From Pseudovirgaria hyperparasitica (lineage: Eukaryota): a stretch of DNA of 64,000 bases. The stretch lies in assembly GCA_010093815.1 (NCBI GenBank), contig ML996568.1; one strand, written 5' to 3'. The position numbers were made by a program, and so were the translations under genes. The notes beneath the pieces are model-generated. The model was not told the DNA's origin. It was given only the letters and a program-made list of their open reading frames with translations, and searched no databases. The first letter of the stretch is position 1; each line of letters opens with the position of its first letter. Shown in pieces: positions 51,040 to 61,168 of this stretch.

Positions 51040-53649
51040 GGTACTATCAAGATATGGGAAGACCGCTGTAGCAGCTTTCCCTAGCTCTCTAGAAGACGAA
51101 GCTCACGTAAAGAATATTCTACTCTCGATACAACGAGATCCGAAGAGCTTCTGGGAAAATGTTCTTATTGGAAGTGGGAGGCCGGACAGCAATGACGTAC
51201 GTCGAGCCGAGATACTAGAGCGGCTGGCCCAAGACGTTCGGAACACGGGCGCACGTCAAGCAGTTACACTCCTGATTCTTGCAACTGATACTAAGCCTGC
51301 TACCGGATTTGTTTGAGCTTTTACTGGGAAGTCTGGGCAGTTGAAGCAGGCCGAACGAAAGGTGTTAAGAGCTAAGAATACATGCGAAAAGAAAGCCATG
51401 GTCGACGAAAATCTTAAGCGAAAGTGTGGCGATAGATTCGCGAAACTTGGTGTAGCAGGCACGGTGTTTGTTAGTTGTAAATGAGCAGCATCATCCTCAT
51501 GGGAGCGCCTGACTGACGAAGAATTCACCTCCCTGCGAGTTAAAGTCGAATCGAGATTAGCCCTGCTTGATCTCCCGGAAACTAGAGATTCTCTTGGGCC
51601 ACTTACCGATGCTTTCTGGGGCGTTCATCAATCTATTGCTGCTGTTCATGGAGAGCTCGGGAATTCTGACCACGCGTCGTCAGCGGATCGATCAATCACT
51701 TGCACAACAGAGCCACAAAATCCTCGCCCGGTAGCAGGTACCGGGGTCACCTTTGATTTCAGCCTCACAGCGTCCCCTGGCGTTATGAACAGTTCCGCAA
51801 ACTTCAGTCGTCCGCCCCTTGATGAATCATGTTCTAGACTTCCAGAGCATTCTAACGACACCGTCAGGCGGGACGTTGCCGTGAGTGATGATATGCCTAT
51901 TGACGGATACCACAGTGGCAGCAATCTCGATTCCGTCGCACCTAACCTGACAGAAGATGCATTGGACCCCCCTGTTACCAACGTTAATCCTGAGTCTACC
52001 TCCCTCGAGAGATTGGGCTCTGGAACCGACGATCACTCGCAATTGAGCGGCAAGAGTTTGCCTACCCCGGGACTCCTTGATATCCGCGCTTCGAAGTCAT
52101 CCGGGAGTACCTCTTTGTCACTTCAACACACTTATGATTCTTCTGATATAGGGTCGGTACACACATCACCTGACAAGTCACTCTCGAACGAAGCAGAATG
52201 TAGCTCCGGAACATCCCAAAAGAATTTTGGCTTGAAAAAGCTCAATAATTCGAAGCTCCATTACATTGGTGCGCAGATTGTTGATCCGCGAATACCAAGC
52301 GACACTTTTAGCGGATTAAAACGACTTCGAACGAACGCTAATGGAAGTTCCTTAATATCACCAGAGAGCTTCACGAATAGATGTATGGAATATCCTCAAT
52401 CGAACTTACCTGACCGAAATGGGATGCAACATACAGGCGGTCTGACCAGACTTAAGTCGTTCGCTCCTAACCCAGACCAGCTTACGTGGTCCACCAACGC
52501 TGTTGCAAGTCGAACTCGGTTCGAGGACAATTCTATATCGAACGAAGAATGGATAGAAAGCACCCTTCCACCGTCGACATCGCAACAAGGCCCCTGGGCC
52601 TCCTCTTACCCTTTCCTCCAGGCTCCTGTAGTCATGCCATACGAGTCACCAATCTTCATACACGTCCAGGAGGGTAATATCGCGGAATCGATGAAGCTCA
52701 TCACTTCGGGTCTCGTATCGATTCATTCGGTCGATCCTTATGGACTCGGTCTTCTTTACGTAAGTTAGCGCCACGGTGTAAAGCCTTGTGTGGACGCTAA
52801 CCTTGATAGTATGCTGCATACTACTGCTTGCATAACTGTGATCTCAGAACATCGCTTCAAATATGTCATAGTCTCCTGAAGGCTGGTGCAGACGCTACTT
52901 ACCCCGATGATATTGGAAAGTAAGTTAGCTACATGCTATAAATCTTTTTAAGGTAGCTTACGGTCTTAAGTACTCCATTGTACACATCTGTAGATAATGT
53001 TCTCGCATTGAGAGCGCAAGCCCTCATAAGTCCAAAAATGGCAAGGAAAAGTATTCAACTGATCGGCAAAATATTCAATACGCCAACTCATGAACTCTGC
53101 ACGAGCTACCACAGTTCAAGACAGTTTTCCCCTCAGCATAAGGCACTTTTGGCGTTACCATGGGCATCAACTCAAGAATGCAATCTAGAGCGGACGCTTC
53201 CTCAAATTCCTCACAACGCAAGAATGGCAGAGATAGATGACACGGATTGCACAGGTAGAAGTGCATTGGCATGGGCAGTCGAATACGGCTGGCCAGAAGC
53301 AGTGGAAACTTTATTACGTTTGGGAGCTGATGTACGTCAAACACGGCAGTCTGGAAAGCGCGTTATGCCTCTGTTACATCTTGCGATTGCAGGACCTAGG
53401 AAATCAGAAACGAACAGAATTGCCGTCACCCAGATCCTCCTGCAAGGCGGGGCCGACATCAATGCCAGGGATGACGGGCAATGGACCCCACTGCATGTAG
53501 CCGCATCTTGGGGCTTGGAAGGGGTAGTCAAAGGACTACTCCAATCTACTCATGGCACTGCAGATGTCGGAGCTCTTGATAGTTACGGTCATACAGCCCG
53601 CGATATTGCCTTAGGGGCAGGATTTACTGGTTCTATGTTATGTTTTTAA
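51040..53649 (+). pseudogene. Ankyrin-repeat protein; the upstream frame has two in-frame TGA stops; 2 introns near the 3' end
   Basis: One frame continues from ~51040 into the 51785 ORF except for TGA at 51314 and 51482. Ankyrin motifs GRSALAWAV, PLLHLAI, QWTPLHVAA, GHTARDIA. A shorter product from ATG 51785 is possible. Confidence 0.6.
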
Positions 53650-53790
53650 TGCCTGAAGCAGCCGATGCCAGGTATCATATGTAAGATTAGAAGTATCTGA
53701 TGTAATCAATCCACATGATACTGGGCAACCCCTCTACCCGGCAATTTGTATATACGTCCCATCAGCAGCATCCTCGACGCGGATTCAGAA

Positions 53791-54549
53791 ATGTATGAAA
53801 AGCACTTCATTCCTCTAGAGTCTGACCTGCAGGTTTCCAACGAGCTCCTACGGGATTTAGGGGTGCGGACGAGTCTACGGTTTGAAGATGTTATGACTCT
53901 AGATAATCCGCTACTACTACCAACCTCAGCCTTGGCGCTAATTTTAATCTTTCCTACATCAGAAACATACGAATGTCGAAAATCCAGGGAGGAAGCATCC
54001 TCCAAAGAGGACGATATCTCGGACACTGGCTTGATATGGTTTCGACAAAGCATCAATAACGCTTGTGGTCTCTACGCCATTCTTCACGCAATGTATAATA
54101 GCGGAGCGAAGCATCTAATGTGTAAGCTTCTATGATTTCATGTTGATAGGAGCTGACAAGCAGTAGTACCTGAATCATTGTTGGCCAATCTACTAGGTAA
54201 CCCCTTACAGCTGACCCAACAACAGCGCTGCAAGGCCCTAGAACAGTCTAAGGAGCTTGAAGATGTCTACACTAAGGCAGCTTTACAAGGTTCATCGACA
54301 CCCCCAATCAATCCTCAAGAAGAGGTCGACTATCACTTCATAACATTCGTCAAGGACTCAGACGGCCATGTATTTGAGCTGGACGGAGATAGGAAATGCC
54401 CGTTGAACAAGAATATTGTGACAAGTCCTAACGAGGACATGCTTTCTGAACAAGTCCGTACGATGATTCGAAACTTCATTGATCAAGAAGAGGGCAGGAG
54501 TGATGGATTTTCACTCATGGCCCTTGTAGAACAACCTGAAGGAGGTTAG
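53791..54549 (+). CDS. Ubiquitin C-terminal hydrolase (peptidase C12, UCH-L3/Yuh1-like); intron 54122-54165
   Basis: FIPLESD; ALILIFP; WFRQSINNACGLYAILH (Gln, Cys); YHFITFV (His); FELDG (Asp); FSLMAL. Confidence 0.9.
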
Positions 54550-55233
54550 CGACTGGATTACAAACTTTGTGATCGCTGTCTTCATCCTCGCTCTTATCTG
54601 TTAAAAGCAGTCGCAACACTAGTACTGCCCCATACCACAGAAATACATCCCTAGCACACCGATGAAATCTCGGTCGTGCTCCGTCTAATGTCAAGACCAC
54701 ACGTACGGTAGCATGATGGGACAAAAATGCTTCTCATGCAACTCTGCACAAATTTTGCTGCGGATACCTGGCCATCAACGCAGCATGTCTACCAACATTC
54801 TTTAGACAGCAAAGGTGCGACCCAATTAGCGGACGAATGGAAGCCCTCTATGCATTACTGCACCGTTCCCACCCCGAGACTCTGGTGCAACGTGAGGACT
54901 ACACCTCCGCGAAGGATCAGCACATTGGCTGGGCTTATGGTGATGCTTCTTTCTTGTCTTCGGCATCTTCGATGGAGAAGAGCGTGCTCGTTTTTTTGCG
55001 TCGCCTCGCGTTCAGCAAGATATATCAAGATGCAAGGTGACATTGCGAAGTCTGAAAAGCCGCACAGAATTTGCCTTGCTATGTTGAAAGAGAATGACTA
55101 TTTGCTGCGGGACCTATAGAACGCCTCTGTCATAGGAAATCTTAAAGAGTGTCAAACACGTCGGTCAGCTATACTTGGGTTGTAGTACTTTTGTGTTCCG
55201 TGTCTAGCAAGAAAAGTCTTATTCTTCTTGCCT

Positions 55234-56192
55234 TCAACTCATGCTAATACTTTGAATATCATTTTGACGCCCTTCGAAATCCTCTAGAATGTGAGCTACT
55301 TCTTCGTGGTTGCGTTGTACAGCCCAGAACCGTGCTGTTTTGCCCTTACTATCCAGTTTGAGAGGATCAGCACCTTTCTCCAGCAAAAGCATAACAATCT
55401 CCGTCTTCCCAAACTCTGCCGCCCGGTGGAGCGGAGTACCTAGACCAAAAGGGACACGCTCCCGATAGGTTGTCAGATCATCTTCGTATTTGATCTTATT
55501 GACAGGTGCACCACAGTCCACAAGTCTGCGCACCAGCTCAAGAGCACCCGGCTTAGCCCTAAGGACAGCGTGGTGGAGAAGCTGACCCTGTCGAACGTCT
55601 GCGCCCCGCGAGAACAGGTACTCGATCGTTTCAAGAGAAGCGGTATACATTGCTTGCGATGTCGGGGTCATGTCCCAGGCACAGCGGCGATTGGGATCTG
55701 CATGGTGATCAAGAAACCACTCTACCATGTCATGATCGCCGGTACGGAGAGCTATGCTGGTATACCATGAGCAGAACAATTGACTTGGAGTGATTGGGAA
55801 GTGTATCCCACGCACCTCAACGCAGGAGGTTCAATCCTATGCATAGGCTGGTTTATGCCCCATCCATACTGAAGAAAGAGCTCCAGTATTTCCTTTGCGT
55901 GTTCTCGCACAGCAAGCTCAATAGGAAGCCCTATATGTGCAACATTTTTGTCGAGTAGAAACCGCGCCATCTCGAGATCGTGTTTCTCGACAGCGGCAGC
56001 AAGAGAATATGATAACCAGGCTGGGTTTGCATCGGGATGCCGACGGAAGAGTTGTTCGACTTGGTGCCTTACTTCCGTGATATCGCCCTTCAGGGCTGCT
56101 TCATAGCATGATTTCACTTCTTGCGGTCTTTTATATAATGGCTGATCAGAGCGCATCGGTGAAGGCGTAAAGGCTAGGACCTCTTCTTGCAT
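55234..56192 (-). CDS. Ankyrin-repeat protein; one intron near 55760-55815
   Basis: Two ORFs joined by a GT..AG intron; LLHHAV, GTPLHRAAEFGK..IV.LLLEKGADP...GKTA. Confidence 0.8.
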
Positions 56193-56699
56193 GTTGATTG
56201 ATGAGATGGTGGTGAGCGCGAGAGTGGGATATTATTTCTGGGCAAGTAGGTATTCATCCTATCGTTTCGCTGATTAAGCGCCAGACACGGTGGTGGTGCA
56301 AGAAGCGACTGGGATGCAACTTAACGGCGTGTAGGGAGGGTCTACTGTCTGCACAAGTCTCCGATAGATGAGTGGGGGTACTCCGTACCGTGGCTGGCCT
56401 GGTGAGGCTGGGACGAAGTAGAGAATGCTGGTATCAGTTATGGAAGAATTTGTTTACAATAGAAGGTAATGCTTGTAGGCTCATTGTCGAGCATGGAATA
56501 TGTGATTCTCAAGTCTATATCTCCTTGATCTCCGAGCGCATTATAGCTGGTTTTGAGAACGATTTGGAGCTGTTTCAATTAAAATTTTACTTGTCAAACT
56601 GAATGTCTTCCCGGAGGCTGCTCCTCGCTCTGTTTGGCCCAGTGATAGTCCAAGTCAAACCATAAATCAGTCGGTAGCAGTCTTGTTCGTCTTACTTTT

Positions 56700-57480
56700 G
56701 CTATCGACTTTGATCACGGCTACCTATCCATCTGAAATGGATCCATCAGAACCCGTATCTGCTGCTGTGACAGAGCTCACATTTGATTCAGTTCCGAGGT
56801 CGTATTCTTTGATCACAGTGTCTATCTCCATGTCCGTAAGACTGAAGAACTCTTCTTTTTCGCGTTTTTCATCTCGTCCAGAGTTCGGAGAAATAGGGGA
56901 CCTAAGAGATCTTCCTGTAAGAGACAGAGTCCCCGTCTTACTTGATGACCACAGACGGAAAATAAGCAACGCAATCATGGACGAAAGGTTATGTTAGGGT
57001 TGCGCTAGTTATGAGGTATAGTAATGTGTTGGTATCATCAATGAGTTTCTGAAGCCTGATCCATCGTTATGCCATACACCTTTTTCGTTGGTTTCTCTAG
57101 TGGCATTTCTAAGTCCTCTCTGAGAGCAATGACATAGTCGTCGCTGTTTTCGACATCGTCGTCTTCGCCATCGTCCACCCCTTCCATGTCCTCATCGTCG
57201 TCGACCCTATCGGCAGCCTCGGGCACCGTAAAGTGCTTGTCTACCTGGTCGTAACAGAACTCGTGCGGGCCCTCGCACGGGATGTTGAACTTTTCAGCAA
57301 TACAAGGAACTAGCTCCACGTATACGGCTGCACCCCTGGCTTTGAGTATGTTTTATTCTTTAATGCCAATGTCATCCACGCTGTATCCCTCAGGCAAGAC
57401 ATATGGAGGAGGTTTCACGACCAAGGAAGTGCTACTCTGACTGCTGTGGTCCTGAAATTGCCATAGGACAGGGAATCGAT
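56700..57480 (-). pseudogene. Degenerate hypothetical gene with acidic tract
   Basis: Coding-like segments (KPPPYVLPEGY...ELVPCIAEKF...DDDEDMEGVDD) interrupted by an in-frame TAA; family not recognised. Confidence 0.3.
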
Positions 57481-57789
57481 ATGGCTTCTGTGCGCGAGTT
57501 TCTTCCAAAACGCGCCCAGTTCGAAGCGGACTATTTATGCTTATTGGCGGCTCAAGGGACCCACGGCCAGGGACGTGTATAGGAGCATGTGTACACTCTG
57601 TTTCAGTATCAATAAGTTGAGCTGGGGGTAGGTTTTCGAGAAGTGTATATGCCGAGGGCGAGTACTTAGTACAACATGACTCTGCCTGTTGATTAAGAAT
57701 AATCTAGCTGTCTAATGTTCAACGAAGTAAGTTAGGGACTACCTTTATTGCCAACCCCCTCGCCCCTTTCATGTTATGTATTGTGAGGG

Positions 57790-58626
57790 GGATGGGAACT
57801 GACGCGGACAAGCGAAGAAGGCGCCCGCTTCTCTATTAGCAAAGTCTTTTCCGGCGTATGGTCCGGTGAAATCCCCCTCGAGACAGTGTACACAACCTTC
57901 AAGAAATCGGCACCGGCACCGGCACCGGTACCACCGGCAAAGCAACCAGCCGCACACCCGCGCACCACACCGCCAACACTCTCGCCGCCCACTTCGAGCT
58001 GCACATCGAACATGGCGCCATCTTCGAGACCGAGCGGCGCCGCAAAGCTGATTCCGCAGAACCACAAGGTCGCCGGCCAGCACAGTGCGCTCGCATCGCC
58101 GGGATCCTGAATCTCGCGCCTGGGTCGACATACACAGTGCCGGGGCATGTGCTGTTTAGCCTTGATATCCGCGCGGCGAGGGACGGGGTTGTTGATGAGG
58201 CGGTGCGCAATCTGCGGGCTGACTTTGAGGCTATTAACCACGGCGAGGACCGCGCGTGCGAAGCCGTGTGAGATTGAGCGGAGAGCGGATAGTGTGAGTG
58301 TGGGTACTAGCTTCCATGAGGACTGTATCGCGTATGTGCGGCAGAGCGTGGAGAGCGACTTTGGCAGTGGGGAGGTGGATGGGTTGGTGAGGCAGATGGT
58401 GTCGGGGGCCGGGCATGATTCTGTATATGCGAGTAGACGCGCGCCGACCGGGATGGTTTTTGTCCCGTGTCAGGCAGGCGTGAGCCATAATCCGAGGGAG
58501 TTTTGTAAGCCGGAGTATTGTACGCTTGGGGCGCAGGTGTTGATGCACAGTGTGCTGAGGTATGATCGGTTGACGGCCATGAGTGACGTAACTCGGGGGT
58601 CTCCAGGGGTCGGCGGAGCTACCTAA
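57790..58626 (+). pseudogene. M20 amidohydrolase (beta-alanine synthase / N-carbamoylase family) pseudogene; 5'-truncated, internally deleted, frameshifted
   Basis: Motifs are split across frames: EEGARF...SGVWSGEIPLET; AAHFELHIEHG; ILNLAPGSTYTVPGHVLFSLDIR; SGAGHDSVYAS...MVFVPCQAGVSHNPREFC. Confidence 0.8.
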
Positions 58627-58901
58627 GTCTGTATGAAGTCCTTGCAAGGCTTTGTTAGTCTCTCTTCCAGATGTCACGTTGTTAATGTTGATGAATGGAA
58701 ACTCTTTCGACAAGTGGAATCAGAAGGACATCTGTTTGCTATTCTACAGATGTGCAGATAGGTGTTGCAGTGTCAACTGCCTACTCGACCGTTTCGACCC
58801 CCGGCAATTTCTGTCACTCGATCGTACACGCTACCGTCCGACCCAACTCGTTCACAGTAAAGGGAAAAGAGGAATTTCTGCTTTTCAATTAAGACATGTG
58901 T

Positions 58902-59497
58902 CTATGACGCTGGGGGAGCACCACGGCCACGGCCTGGATATAATGTCAGCTTAATAGTTCAGTAGCCTGCAGCTAGAATGCCACATACCGAATCCACCAC
59001 GGAAGCCAGGGTTGAAGTCACCCGGAGCACCACCCTCCTTGCCCTCACCAGCATCACGGCGTCTGTAGTCACCACGCTCTCTGTCACCACGCGGGCCACC
59101 ACGGCCACCCGGACGAGGACGGTCGTCACCAGACATCATGCCACGAGGAGGAGCACCGGATCGCTGTTGCTTGATGTGCGTCTGAGGAACGATTTCGGCG
59201 GGGAGGTGGAGCCATTCACGGAGATAGTCGAGACCCTCGGGGGTGAGGGTGTAGTAGTACCATTGCCAGGAGAATTGAGTCTTGAGGTAGCCGCGCGAGG
59301 TGAGTGATTGGCAGGCCTTGATCACGTATAGGTTCTTGGTGTCGATTTCGCCGTGCTTGGGCTGGTTGAAGTCCTTCTTCGCGACGAGGACGCCCTCGCG
59401 GAAGAGGTATTCGTGGATCTTCTTGCGGTCGGCCTTTGGGATGAGCCTATGTACGTCAGTATGCGCACAAACGTGCACTTGGACATCGGGCTCACAT
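58902..59497 (-). CDS. RPS10: 40S ribosomal protein S10 (eS10); 2 introns, start codon split by intron 59447-59495
   Basis: [27 protein letters not shown]...[16 protein letters not shown]...[14 protein letters not shown]-rich tail. Confidence 0.97.
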
Positions 59498-59834
59498 TTT
59501 GGCGGTGTTGGGTGGATTGGAGTTGGGAGGTTGTCGTTGCTGGGCGTCGAAGTTCAAAGTTCGTGCATCTGGTGGATTTGTGCTAAGGAAATCTTGCGTG
59601 TGAGCTCGGACCACGCTAGTAAGCGAACGACTACAGCCTTGTCAGTAAGGCAAGAACACTTCTTGGCATTTGCTTCTCCAACTTCACAGCCACGCTACCA
59701 GTACTTTCATCATATTGCTGAACTACATCAGCGACACGGCTTACGCAGCTGGGTTTCACAAAATACACAATCGCTTGGACGACTTTGACTGTATACCTGA
59801 TTCATACTTCGCAACACCACTCGCTGTCGCTGCT

Positions 59835-60725
59835 ATGGCCCAACAAATAAACATCCTCCTCACCACCTTCACTGGTTTGGGCCTCCCTCCCACTCTATCT
59901 TTCGCAGTATCATCCTCCACTTCCGTTGCAAAACTAGGAGAAGCTATTGCAGAGCATCTACCAGCGATCCCCTCCAGACTCATTGTTACTACCAACCGAA
60001 ATAGACAACTCGAATTCTGGTCCAGGGAAGAACCAATCACTACCCTTCTCTCATCACCAAACGATACCTTCTTACCTCTGAGACTCTCTGTACCACTATG
60101 TGGTGGCAAGGGCGGCTTTGGGTCACAGCTTCGCGCTGCTGGTGGCCGTATGTCGTCCCGCAAGAAGAGAAAGCAGGGGGATGAACATGCTTCGAGCCGC
60201 AACCTCGATGGTCGCAGACTACGCACTGTCGCTGAAGCCAAGGCTCTCGCAGAATACCTTGCGATCAAGCCCGATATGGAGAAGAAGGAGAAGGAAGAGC
60301 GTAAAAAGCGTTGGGAGAGCATCGTGGAGATGGCCGATAAGCGCGAAGAGGAGATTAGGAACGGCAGGGGAAGGCTGGATGGCAAATGGGTCGAGTCGAA
60401 AGAAGAGGCATCAGAACGGACCAGAGAAGCAGTCCTAGCTGCTATGAAAGCTGGGGATATTCAGGATGCCTTGGGCGCCAAGGAGAGTGATAGCTCTGGG
60501 GAAGCGTCTGGAACAAGTGATGGCAGCGATAGCGAAATGGAAGTGGAGGAGTCGGGTGCGTCGAGCTCTAAGCCAGTGAAATCTCAGACCGCCGCTAAGA
60601 CTTTCTTTGGCTGGGATGATGAGGATGAAGATATGAGCGATGAAGACGAGGAGGCTGATGTAGAGGAATCAGGGCTGGCAGAAGCTGCAACGTCGGATAA
60701 GGGAAAGGGAAAAGCGACTGAGTGA
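59835..60725 (+). CDS. SDE2: Sde2 (ubiquitin-fold-activated splicing/telomere factor)
   Basis: N-terminal Ubl followed by the [16 protein letters not shown] cleavage motif; [15 protein letters not shown]. Confidence 0.92.
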   Translation: MAQQINILLTTFTGLGLPPTLSFAVSSSTSVAKLGEAIAEHLPAIPSRLIVTTNRNRQLEFWSREEPITTLLSSPNDTFLPLRLSVPLCGGKGGFGSQLRAAGGRMSSRKKRKQGDEHASSRNLDGRRLRTVAEAKALAEYLAIKPDMEKKEKEERKKRWESIVEMADKREEEIRNGRGRLDGKWVESKEEASERTREAVLAAMKAGDIQDALGAKESDSSGEASGTSDGSDSEMEVEESGASSSKPVKSQTAAKTFFGWDDEDEDMSDEDEEADVEESGLAEAATSDKGKGKATE

Positions 60726-61168
60726 TGCTGGGGATACATGTCTCGACTTCTACATTTATGCATAGCACGGGCGTTTGGATCTGGTACCTAGATACCCTAA
60801 TGATTAAGATATTCAGTCTAATCAAACAGTATCACAACAGTGACTCGACCGAAATATTATCTGGCGGTGTGAGCAGTCCGTGAACCCAATCTTCCAGCGA
60901 GGAATAATGAGTAAATCAATCACAATGGTTGTAATCTAACTACAAGTCGTGCATCGTATATTGTGAGCTTGTGACGTCTTGGTGGTCAAAGCTCCTTCCT
61001 GCCAGGCACCCTTGACGGGCAGTCTTCAACTCTGGGGTATGAAACACGCTGCCCAGTCTCCAACTCTACCCGGCGCAAAGAAACATGTACACTGCAATGA
61101 GCTGAAGGAATCTTGACCTGCCATACAGTTCCGCAAACCGGGCATATCTTCTCAAATGCACCTCCACC

